Positions 16,745-24,717 of a DNA stretch of 39,874 nucleotides are shown in pieces. Under the pieces are notes generated by a model, which saw only the letters and a program-made list of their open reading frames with translations, was not told the origin of the DNA and ran no database searches. This DNA comes from Deltaproteobacteria bacterium. Its GTDB lineage: Bacteria > Desulfobacterota > Dissulfuribacteria > Dissulfuribacterales > UBA3076. The first letter of the stretch is position 1. Every line of letters starts with the position of its first letter. Location: assembly GCA_021159445.1 (NCBI GenBank), contig JAGGRV010000431.1, positions 1 through 39,874 of the forward strand. The letters run 5' to 3'. The position numbers and the translations under genes were made by a program.

Positions 16745-18512
16745 AGTCCTGCCGCCAGCGGCCATTTTTATCATCGGAGGACTACTGGTTCCTCTGATAA
16801 AAGGGAAATGGAAAAGCGCCTACATGTTGCTCATCCCGGTGGTAGGTTTCATAAACCTGATCAATATCCCTGAAGGAACTCATTGGGTTGTAGAGTTTAT
16901 GGAATATGATCTTATCTTTGGTAAAGTGGACAGGCTGAGCCTCCTGTTCGGTTACATCTTCCATCTCATATCTTTCATAGCTATTCTCTATGCCATTCAC
17001 GTAAAAGACGATGTGCAGAATGTGGCCGGGCTGGTTTACGCCGGCAGTGCCCTGGGGGTTGTCTTTGCCGGAGACCTTTTTTCTTTCTTTGTCTTCTGGG
17101 AAATGCTCACTGTAGCTTCCATATTTCTTATCTGGGCCCGCAGGACAAAGGCAGCTCAAGGCGCAGGATACAGATATCTTCTTGTTCATGCAGCCGGAGG
17201 CCTGTGCCTTCTGGCAGGCATCGTCCTGTATGTGAATCAGACAGGCTCTATTGAGTTCGGGTATATCGGACTTAATGGACTTGCCACCTTATTAATTTTC
17301 CTGGGTTTTGGCCTGAATTGCGCATGGCCTCTTCTTCATCCATGGCTGACCGACGCCTATCCGGAGGCCACAATTACCGGAACCGTATTCCTGAGCGCTT
17401 TTACTACAAAATGTGCGGTCTACGCCCTGGCCAGGGCCTTTCCGGGCACCGAGGCCCTTATCTGGATCGGAGCGATTATGACCGCGTTCCCTATCTTCTA
17501 TGCGGTCATTGAAAATAACCTCAGGCGGGTGCTGTCCTATAGCTTGATCAACCAGGTGGGATTCATGGTATGCGGAATCGGCATTGGGACACAAATGGCC
17601 ATAAACGGCGCTGTTTCCCACGCCGTGAACGATATCCTCTTCAAGGCCCTGCTGTTCATGTCCATGGGCGCAGTGATGTATCGTAATAACAATAAAATCA
17701 ACTGCACTGCCCTGGGTGGACTGTACCGGACCATGCCGCTCACCTGTATCTGTTGTATAATAGGGGCTGCATCCATCTCGGCCGTTCCGCTTTTCAGCGG
17801 TTTTGTCAGCAAGTCAATGGTCATGAGTGCGGCTGCTGACGGTCATATGCAGATCATATGGTTCATCCTTCTGTTTGCCTCAGTCGGTGTATTAGAGCAT
17901 GCTGGTATCAAAATTCCGTTTTTTGCGTTCTTTGGACATGATTCCAGGCTGAGACCCAAGGAGGCACCCCTCCACATGCTTCTTGCCATGGGCATCGCAG
18001 CGTTCTTCTGCATCTTCAACGGGTCATTTCCCAGCTACCTGTATAGCCTGCTCCCATATCCGGTTGAGTATGTACCATACACGGTTCCGCATGTGGTAGG
18101 TCAGACCCAGCTCATTTTCTTTGCCGCCCTTGCCTTCATACTTCTCACGCTTTCCGGCATGTCTCCCGCCGAGATGAGGGCTGTCAATGTTGATGCTGAT
18201 TGGTTCTACCGCAAAGGTAGCGGTCTTTTTTACCGGGTCATGGATATTAGTATGAACGGATTGACCAGGGTCGCTGACAGGGTCATTGTGGGTGAGTTGA
18301 CCGGATCTATCTGCCGCATATCCCAACGCTGGCCTGAGGTCCTCTGCCTTGGGATTATGATTCCCTTGTGGAGTATCACCGGTGTAAAGGGAAAAGAACT
18401 CGAGGGCAAGATCGAAAGAACTCGAGTGGCCCTGCAAACACACACCTCACCCATAGGGATCAGTGCGGCTATAGCTACCATTTTTTTGGTGTTAATTTAC
18501 CTGTTAATGTGA
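16737..18512 (+). CDS. MrpA/NuoL-like antiporter subunit lacking the MrpA C-terminal (MbhD/MrpB-like) domain
   Basis: 591-aa polytopic ORF of the PF00361 type (WPLLHPWLTDAYPEAT, GAVSHAVNDILFKALLFM), with a C-terminal extension of about 150 aa. Confidence 0.85.
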   Translation: MTEVLPPAAIFIIGGLLVPLIKGKWKSAYMLLIPVVGFINLINIPEGTHWVVEFMEYDLIFGKVDRLSLLFGYIFHLISFIAILYAIHVKDDVQNVAGLVYAGSALGVVFAGDLFSFFVFWEMLTVASIFLIWARRTKAAQGAGYRYLLVHAAGGLCLLAGIVLYVNQTGSIEFGYIGLNGLATLLIFLGFGLNCAWPLLHPWLTDAYPEATITGTVFLSAFTTKCAVYALARAFPGTEALIWIGAIMTAFPIFYAVIENNLRRVLSYSLINQVGFMVCGIGIGTQMAINGAVSHAVNDILFKALLFMSMGAVMYRNNNKINCTALGGLYRTMPLTCICCIIGAASISAVPLFSGFVSKSMVMSAAADGHMQIIWFILLFASVGVLEHAGIKIPFFAFFGHDSRLRPKEAPLHMLLAMGIAAFFCIFNGSFPSYLYSLLPYPVEYVPYTVPHVVGQTQLIFFAALAFILLTLSGMSPAEMRAVNVDADWFYRKGSGLFYRVMDISMNGLTRVADRVIVGELTGSICRISQRWPEVLCLGIMIPLWSITGVKGKELEGKIERTRVALQTHTSPIGISAAIATIFLVLIYLLM

Positions 18513-18536
18513 TATAAATATAAAAAAATCGTAATA

Positions 18537-18638
18537 GTTCACCGCAGAGTGCACAGAGAGCGCAAAGAGAAGATAAATAGAAAAAATTCTTTACTCTGCG
18601 GTCTCCGCGTTCTCTGTGGTAAATAGAATTGGGTGAAC
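18537..18638. repeat. Hairpin-type element with CNCAGAG-word arms after the mrp operon
   Basis: The left arm is caCCGCAGAGtgCACAGAGagCGCAAAGAG and the right arm is CTCTGCGGtCTCCGCGttCTCTGTGG. accgcagagt pairs perfectly with actctgcggt, cacagagagcgc pairs 11/12 with gcgttctctgtg, and the outer pair is gttcacc with ggtgaac. It may act as a terminator. Confidence 0.6.
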
Positions 18639-19169
18639 TGTTACAAAACCATCAAAGATGCGGGCACGGAGAGGAGAAACGGATATTTGGCTTCTATAGA
18701 ACAACTCAAAAGAATTCGACTCTTTGAAGATTTGACCGACGGCATGTTGGAACAGTTGCTTCCCCTGGCTCAAGAGCAATCGTTTGCGGAAAGGGAGATT
18801 ATTTTCGAACCAGGTAGTGAGGCCACCTACTTTTACTCACTGACCACAGGCAAGGTGTTACTCCAGGCAGAGCTTGCCTCAGCCCTTATTATTTCCCTCG
18901 GGGCCATTAAGCCGGGGTACTCGTTCGGCTGGTCTGCCCTTCTCCCCGGACCCGCCCACACTTCCCTTGCTGTTTGTATGGAACCATGCGAAATCCTGGT
19001 CATGCCCGGAGACAAATTTAAGGCCCTTCTTGATCAAGATCACACCATGGGATTCCTGGTTATGCAAAAGACTGCCACGATCCTTGAGAACCGTTTGGAA
19101 CGTCGTTCAGCACAGTTTGTCAAGGTAATAACCAAACACCCCGATATAGCAACGCTCTTGGGTTTGTAG
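18633..19169 (+). CDS. Stand-alone cyclic-nucleotide-binding domain protein (no HTH)
   Basis: The cNMP-binding fold pattern is RLFEDLTDGMLEQL...FEPGSEATYFYSLTTGKV...GYSFGWSALL. The GTG at 18633 lies inside the hairpin element. TTG 18687, which follows GAGGAG, is a plausible alternative start. Confidence 0.78.
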   Translation: MNCYKTIKDAGTERRNGYLASIEQLKRIRLFEDLTDGMLEQLLPLAQEQSFAEREIIFEPGSEATYFYSLTTGKVLLQAELASALIISLGAIKPGYSFGWSALLPGPAHTSLAVCMEPCEILVMPGDKFKALLDQDHTMGFLVMQKTATILENRLERRSAQFVKVITKHPDIATLLGL

Positions 19170-19177
19170 AAGGGGGC

Positions 19178-20704
19178 TTAGCCTTCATGTGAGTGCGGCT
19201 CAAAAGGCAGCCTGATGACAAAAGTTGACCCTTTTCCAGGTTCAGAGTCTACTTTTATGGTTCCGCCATGCTCGTGGACTGTTTTCCGGGTAATCAGCAG
19301 GCCGAGGCCCGTACCTCTTGACCCCTTGGTGCTGAATAGAGAGCTAAAGATCTGCTTTCTTACGGCCTCATCCATACCACAACCATTGTCAGAGACCTGA
19401 AGAGTAAACGCTCCATCACTTTCGCGCCTTGTGGTCACCCGCACCAGGTGTTCCTTGCCCTCGTTTTCATCAAATATAGCGGCATCAATGGCATTGGAAA
19501 CCAGGTTAAGCAGACAGCGATGAATTCCTTTGGGGTCTAAAGATGCATCGCCTATGGTTGGATCAAGATCTATGACAATCTCTACTCCGGATTCTTTTGC
19601 CTTGAGATCCATTAGGTTGCATACCTCTTCCGCAATTGAATTCGGGGAGCACTTTTCATATTCAGGCTCACGTTCCTTGGAATAGTTGAGGAGATCCATA
19701 GCCAAGCCGGAGATCCTGTCAATATTCCTTTGCACCATGTCCCAGCCGGTACGAAGTCTATGCATATCCTCTTTCTTAAGTGCGTTGTCTACTATATAGA
19801 CTCCTCCCTTAAGACCACCTAAGATGTTTTTGATACCGTGGGCAAGTCCGGCCACAGTTTCTCCAGTGGCAGCCAACCTTTCGGACTTGATCAATTCCTG
19901 CTGTAGCTGCTTGATCTCCCTCAGATCGTGGAGGAAACCCACACTGCCGATGACCTCACCATCTTGATACAGAACAGTTCCTGAAAACTTAACCGGTATC
20001 TTGTCACCGTCCTTTCCCAAAACAAAGGTCTCTCGCCAAACATGCATTTCTTGTCTTTCTGGTTCTTTGCCATGCAGACCTTGCATGATTTCTTCGGCTG
20101 TCTCTGGTGGATAGAGACTCTTTATATCAATCTTCCCTATTACCTCATCCTTGGAATATCCAAATATTCTCTCATCCCCTCGATTAAAGATCATTATTTT
20201 TCCCTGCTTATCAGTGCCGACTATACCGTCGATGGAACGCTGAATCAGATTGTCTTCAAACTCGTACCTCTGTCTTATTTCTTCCGTGGCTTGCTTAACC
20301 TTATCTTCCAAATTATCGGTATATTCCTTGAGCATCCTCCTTAAATGAAGCCTTTCCTCTGCCCGTTTTAAGGCAACCGCCAGGGCTTCGTCCACAATAG
20401 GCTTGGTGACAAAATCAGAGGCCTCAAGTTGCAGAGATTGGATAGCCACGTCCATATCGCCATGCCCGGTAACAACTATCACCTCGGTTTCAGGGCTTAT
20501 TTCCTTAATCTTTTTCAATACCTCGATGCCATCCATGCCGGGCATCTTTATATCAGTTAAGACAATTGGGGGGGCTTCTTTCTCAAATAACTCAAGGCCG
20601 CTTTTGCCGTCCTCTGCGGTCAGCACCTCGTAGCCATCAGCTCTCAGCGACATTCCCACAATTTTTCTTGCCGGCTCTTCATCATCAATAAGTAACAGCT
20701 TCAA
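19178..20704 (-). CDS. Hybrid REC-PAS-histidine kinase
   Basis: 508-aa ORF with a TTG start. An N-terminal receiver (LLIDDEE, LTDIKMPGMDG, VVTGHG) is followed by a PAS region, the H-box GLAHGIKN and the ATPase boxes NAIDA, DNGCGM and GTGLGL. Confidence 0.88.
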   Translation of the reverse strand: MKLLLIDDEEPARKIVGMSLRADGYEVLTAEDGKSGLELFEKEAPPIVLTDIKMPGMDGIEVLKKIKEISPETEVIVVTGHGDMDVAIQSLQLEASDFVTKPIVDEALAVALKRAEERLHLRRMLKEYTDNLEDKVKQATEEIRQRYEFEDNLIQRSIDGIVGTDKQGKIMIFNRGDERIFGYSKDEVIGKIDIKSLYPPETAEEIMQGLHGKEPERQEMHVWRETFVLGKDGDKIPVKFSGTVLYQDGEVIGSVGFLHDLREIKQLQQELIKSERLAATGETVAGLAHGIKNILGGLKGGVYIVDNALKKEDMHRLRTGWDMVQRNIDRISGLAMDLLNYSKEREPEYEKCSPNSIAEEVCNLMDLKAKESGVEIVIDLDPTIGDASLDPKGIHRCLLNLVSNAIDAAIFDENEGKEHLVRVTTRRESDGAFTLQVSDNGCGMDEAVRKQIFSSLFSTKGSRGTGLGLLITRKTVHEHGGTIKVDSEPGKGSTFVIRLPFEPHSHEG

Positions 20705-20741
20705 TATATTGCCCCACTGTTAGAATGTTATTTAAGCGTTT

Positions 20742-20902
20742 GCGGAACGTTGAAATTAGAAATTAGAAATTTGGCCTTCATGCTATCGTACCAGACCATA
20801 TCTGATAACTCTTCTGCCGGTTTGTAAACATCCAAATCGTAAGCTCGTTTCATCTCCTGCAAATTTCTACTTTCCAATTTCAAGTTTCAAGCCGTGAACG
20901 GC
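20742..20902. repeat. R1 element, copy a (161 nt; GAAATT-word arms plus a GCCGTGAACGGC hairpin)
   Basis: It is an inverted copy of 23878-23985. The outer roughly 45 nt and 60 nt align almost perfectly, and copy a carries about 50 extra central nt. Confidence 0.85.
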
Positions 20903-20908
20903 TACCCA

Positions 20909-22606
20909 TTATTTAGCATCTGAACATGGAGGAAATTTCAACAGAAATGTTGTACCAGTCCCTACCTCAGTCTTTACCTCTATAGTTCCACCATAATCCT
21001 TGACAATTCCATAGCTGATGGACAGACCTAATCCCGTTCCCACACCCACTTTTTTGGTGGTAAAGAATGGTTCAAATATTTTATCCAATACATTTTCGGG
21101 AATACCGTTTCCCGTATCGGATACAGAAATTGCAACCCGTCCTCTGTCTGAAAATGACTTAATTGTTACCTTACCACCTGGTTCGCCTTTTTCCTCAATG
21201 GCTTGCCGGGCATTGACAACCAGGTTTAAAAGGACCTGCTCCAACTTATTACTATCTGCCATTATATGGGGCGGGTTATCATCCAGGTCCAAATCTATCT
21301 CTATATCACGCACCTTGAACTGTTGTCCCAATATCCCAATAATATTTCTGATAGGCACATTCACATCAAGCTCTGTTGTTTTGACACCGATCCTTGAAAA
21401 ATCCCGCATATGATTGATGATTGCCGCTGCCCTGTCTACCTGACCAACAATTTGTTCAGTCACAGTTCTTAATTCTTCATCCTTAATCTTTTTGCCCTTG
21501 TCGATCATCTTTGACAGAAACGTAGCGCCCATTCTAATAACACTTAACGGTTGATTTAACTCGTGGGCTACGCCTGATGCCATCTCACCCAAGGTGGACA
21601 TCTTGCTGGCCTGAACTAACTGGGTCCTTTTTTCTAATTTCTTTATCTCTTTTTCAGAAATATCCAGTTTGGAGACCATATGTTTAAAGGAATCCGCCAA
21701 CTGGACCATCTCGTCACCCACATGGGTTTTATATACTTTGCATTCACGACACTCGTCCAGTTTTTCTGGAAAGCTCCCTGATGGCTGGCCGAAACAGAGT
21801 GTTCCGTCCACGTACCAGCACATTGTCGAAGTATTTCCATATGCAGGGCAGTCGGTTTTTGTGCATTTTTCTATCTCCCAGCATTTGACCTCTCTACCAA
21901 AATCAACCTCTGTTTTCCCACGGCTGATTTCATCGGCTAATCGCGCAAGTTGGGCAAGGGGCCGGGTAACGAATCTGGATAAGAAAATGAATAAGAAGAC
22001 ACCCACAATTACAAGGGAAGCCAGGCCCCAGACAATCTCTCTATTCCTGACTTCTGCTACTCGCTTCTCTACGGGGCCCCAGCTGATTCCTACGGTTAGG
22101 ATCCCCAATATTTCATTTTCACTTCCATGGCATTTATAACAGGTTTCCTCATTCGGGATAGGCATGGCATGGAGAAGTATCTTTTCTCCTTCCTGCACCT
22201 CTAGGTCCTTCGCCAGGGAACCGGTGCGTAATGCCTCTTCAGTGGCATGTGAATCGTCAAGCATTTTTATATTGGCTGGTAATCCACTGTATTTGATGCT
22301 GCCTGTAAGATCGCAAAGATTTACTACTCTCACGTCTGTTAATTTATACAAGCTTTCCAAGATGGCCTGTACGGCCTCCATGTCTCCGTCGAGCATAGGG
22401 TACTCAATACTTCTTAATACCGTGTCACTGATCTCATATGCCCGCTCCTCCTGCTTTCCAAAGTGATACTTAATTCGCATTACCATATCGTAGTAAGTAA
22501 GGAGGCCTATTACTACGATTAAGATCACGCCCATACCCATTATTACCTTGTCTCTTACGCTGGATATGCGTAATTTTGACCATAATCTGTCCAAAAGAGG
22601 TGTCAT
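20909..22606 (-). CDS. Sensor histidine kinase with a periplasmic CXXCH (haem c) domain and a 7-Cys module inserted in its HAMP domain
   Basis: 565-aa ORF. Order of elements: TM1, a roughly 150-aa periplasmic domain with CYKCH, TM2, HAMP helix 1 (RPLAQLARLADEISRG), a 48-aa Cys-rich insert, HAMP helix 2 (DEMVQLADSFKHMVSKL), H-box GVAHELNQPL, and ATPase boxes NARQA, DTGNGI and GTGLGLSIS. Confidence 0.88.
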   Translation of the reverse strand: MTPLLDRLWSKLRISSVRDKVIMGMGVILIVVIGLLTYYDMVMRIKYHFGKQEERAYEISDTVLRSIEYPMLDGDMEAVQAILESLYKLTDVRVVNLCDLTGSIKYSGLPANIKMLDDSHATEEALRTGSLAKDLEVQEGEKILLHAMPIPNEETCYKCHGSENEILGILTVGISWGPVEKRVAEVRNREIVWGLASLVIVGVFLFIFLSRFVTRPLAQLARLADEISRGKTEVDFGREVKCWEIEKCTKTDCPAYGNTSTMCWYVDGTLCFGQPSGSFPEKLDECRECKVYKTHVGDEMVQLADSFKHMVSKLDISEKEIKKLEKRTQLVQASKMSTLGEMASGVAHELNQPLSVIRMGATFLSKMIDKGKKIKDEELRTVTEQIVGQVDRAAAIINHMRDFSRIGVKTTELDVNVPIRNIIGILGQQFKVRDIEIDLDLDDNPPHIMADSNKLEQVLLNLVVNARQAIEEKGEPGGKVTIKSFSDRGRVAISVSDTGNGIPENVLDKIFEPFFTTKKVGVGTGLGLSISYGIVKDYGGTIEVKTEVGTGTTFLLKFPPCSDAK

Positions 22607-22665
22607 TTTACCTGTCCCTCAATTCCCCATACGCTCATACTGATGATGGCATGTAGTGCAGCGGC

Positions 22666-23106
22666 TCAATATCCCGGATGCTTGTGCCCGCTGTGACAGC
22701 TTGTACATATATTCTTTGGAATGCTCAATGTCTCTTGATGTTCCAGCCTGGTCGGAGCCTTGAGATGTAAGCTGGCCGGACCATGGCAACTTTCACACTG
22801 TTTATTGACCATCCTTGGGGTTTTTTCCACACTGACAAATCCTCCCTTTTTCCCAAAGCCGGTCGTATGGCAAGGCAGACAGTCTGGGTCATGATCTCTT
22901 TTTCTCATCTGTATGACCCGAAAATTCCTTGAGTATTTCCAGGAGAGATAGCTTTCCACATGCCCTGCGTGGCATTCTTTGCACTTGTCCATTCCAACAT
23001 AGGTGGCCTTCTCTTTTTCAGCCTGAAGATACGGTGTGTTAAAGGCAAACAAATATAAAGCAACAAGCCCGGTGGTCATGGTGATAAATAGTTTTTTCAT
23101 TTTCAT
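22666..23106 (-). CDS. Periplasmic tetrahaem c-type cytochrome (cytochrome c554-like multihaem family)
   Basis: Four CXXCH motifs are present (CKECH, CLPCH, CESCH, CTSCH) with a signal-peptide-like N-terminus MKMKKLFITMTTGLVALYLFA. ATG 23106, 7 nt after AAGGAG, is preferred to the ORF-track GTG 23133. Confidence 0.88.
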   Translation of the reverse strand: MKMKKLFITMTTGLVALYLFAFNTPYLQAEKEKATYVGMDKCKECHAGHVESYLSWKYSRNFRVIQMRKRDHDPDCLPCHTTGFGKKGGFVSVEKTPRMVNKQCESCHGPASLHLKAPTRLEHQETLSIPKNICTSCHSGHKHPGY

Positions 23107-23443
23107 CTTCAAGCTCCTTTGGCCAGAATCCACGTCGAGGATCTGAAAACAAATAGCATTTTATCCTATCGTACGAAGCATGGAGAATAAAACGGTGCTG
23201 AACTGAATAGCGCTCCATGCTATTTTGCGAACTCTATGGATATTATATAGAAGCCTGGTCCTTGGATCAACCACACCTAAGAACTTTAATCATGTATTAT
23301 ATGGAAATCTTAAGGTGAAGTAAAAACCTGCATTATTGCCATTTTGTCTTTCAAAGCGCAGCATTCTGTGCTATGTATTTGTTCAGGTAAAGAGATAGGC
23401 TTGCCTAAGGGCTTTCTCAGTAATTATAGGAGTGAGGAAGGAA

Positions 23444-23878
23444 ATGGCTAAAAAGATACTTATCGTGGACGATGAGCCTGATATTATTACCTTTATCAGC
23501 GCAGTCCTTGAAGACAACGGTTATTCAAGCATAAGTGCCAACAATGGGATTGAGGGACTTGAACTCTTGCGCAAAGAGAAGCCTGATCTGGTTTTGCTCG
23601 ATCTTATGATGCCCAAAAAAAGTGGCATTGCCATGTTTCAAGAGTTAAGATCGGATCCGGACATGAGCAATACTCCCGTGATCGTGCAGACCGGGGTCTC
23701 TGAGGTGACAGGGGTCAATTTCAGGAACTTCATGTTCAAACAACCGCTTCGGGATGAAAAGAAATTTGTCGAGAGCACGGGATTAACAAAATATACTATT
23801 CCAGACGGCTATATTGAAAAACCAATTGATCCTGTTGAGTTGATTGAAGTAATTAAGAAAGCCTTAAAAGAAACATAG
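23444..23878 (+). CDS. CheY-like single-domain response regulator
   Basis: The 144-aa product begins MAKKILIVDDEPD and contains LVLLDLMMPKKSG and IEKP. ATG 23444 follows GGAAGGAA and is preferred to GTG 23432. Confidence 0.88.
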   Translation: MAKKILIVDDEPDIITFISAVLEDNGYSSISANNGIEGLELLRKEKPDLVLLDLMMPKKSGIAMFQELRSDPDMSNTPVIVQTGVSEVTGVNFRNFMFKQPLRDEKKFVESTGLTKYTIPDGYIEKPIDPVELIEVIKKALKET

Positions 23879-23985
23879 CCGTTCACGGCTTGAAACTTGA
23901 AATTGGAAAGTAGAAATTGGGGAGAGATGAAACGAGTCTACACAAAAGCATGAAGGCCAAATTTCTAACTTCAACGTTCCGTGCG
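23878..23985. repeat. R1 element, copy b (108 nt)
   Basis: It starts on the last base of the RR stop codon. Its reverse complement matches 20742-20902 apart from a central deletion. Confidence 0.85.
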
Positions 23986-24036
23986 TGAATTCCCCTGCTC
24001 TATACAAATCGACAAAACCGGCTTCTTGAATAATAG

Positions 24037-24065
24037 ATTGAGACGACCTCAGAGGTCGTCTCAAT
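24037..24065. terminator. Bidirectional intrinsic terminator between the convergent RR and cytochrome b genes
   Basis: A perfect 13-bp stem attgagacgacct / aggtcgtctcaat has a 3-nt loop. T-rich sequence follows on both strands. Confidence 0.65.
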
Positions 24066-24082
24066 CCTTATTGATTTGTTGG

Positions 24083-24715
24083 TTAGTGATCTTCTACCTC
24101 TTCCTCCCAACCGGTTATCATCGTTATGATATGAGCCCAGAAGGTATGGCCCAGGGTAGCCAGATACATGTGGACAAAGAGGAAGGCAGCGAAACAGCAG
24201 GCTACCAGAAAATGTAACCCAATCACTATTTTTACCCCACCCAAAAACACCATCCATTTTTGCGTAATCAGCAGAAGCAGCAGGCCGGACAACAGGACGA
24301 TCGGTACAAGCATCGTCATGATCATCAGATATGCCCCTTTCTGCATGGGGTTGAATTTGGCATCAGGCGTGGAGTGGTGAGGGTTCGGTCCACCTTTGAA
24401 GTAGTTGAAGCCATAGAACACCATCTGTTTTATGATTCCCGTCTTCAGGTCATACATGTTGGGGACATAGAGCTTTATCAGGCTCTTATCAATAAACACG
24501 TAATATACAAACCATAACAACCAATCGATGCACACGAAAATTCCGGTAAAATCATGAACCAGTACCGCTGCTCTATAGCTGCCGAAGAAATTAATATACT
24601 CAGGAAACCTGATCTGAGCTCCTGTAATGCACAGAGTTGTTATTCCAATGGCGTGGATCCAATGCCATATCCTCACTGTAAGAGGATTGAGGTAGATCAT
24701 TTTTGGTTTTTCCAT
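24083..24715 (-). CDS. Dihaem b-type cytochrome, HydC/FdnI (Ni/Fe-hydrogenase cytochrome b) family
   Basis: 210 aa from ATG 24715, with four TM helices. Four conserved His lie in VRIWHWIHA, VLVHDF, IGLHFL and FVHMYL. The ATG is 2 nt after the stop of the upstream cytochrome c gene. Confidence 0.86.
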   Translation of the reverse strand: MEKPKMIYLNPLTVRIWHWIHAIGITTLCITGAQIRFPEYINFFGSYRAAVLVHDFTGIFVCIDWLLWFVYYVFIDKSLIKLYVPNMYDLKTGIIKQMVFYGFNYFKGGPNPHHSTPDAKFNPMQKGAYLMIMTMLVPIVLLSGLLLLLITQKWMVFLGGVKIVIGLHFLVACCFAAFLFVHMYLATLGHTFWAHIITMITGWEEEVEDH

Positions 24716-24717
24716 GA

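Noticed and set aside
10556-18512. The Mrp cluster considered as part of an Mbh/Mbx-type hydrogenase or formate hydrogenlyase
   Set aside because: No NuoB/C/D/H/I-like, NiFe large or small subunit, or ferredoxin-like gene occurs in or next to the cluster within this window. Only the gene order resembles Mbh.
20742-23985. The R1-bracketed cassette considered as a classical composite transposon or genomic island
   Set aside because: No transposase, integrase or recombinase gene lies inside or beside it. No target-site duplication is visible. The repeats belong to the hairpin-element class seen elsewhere in the window. It is kept only as a recombination or RNA-element hypothesis.
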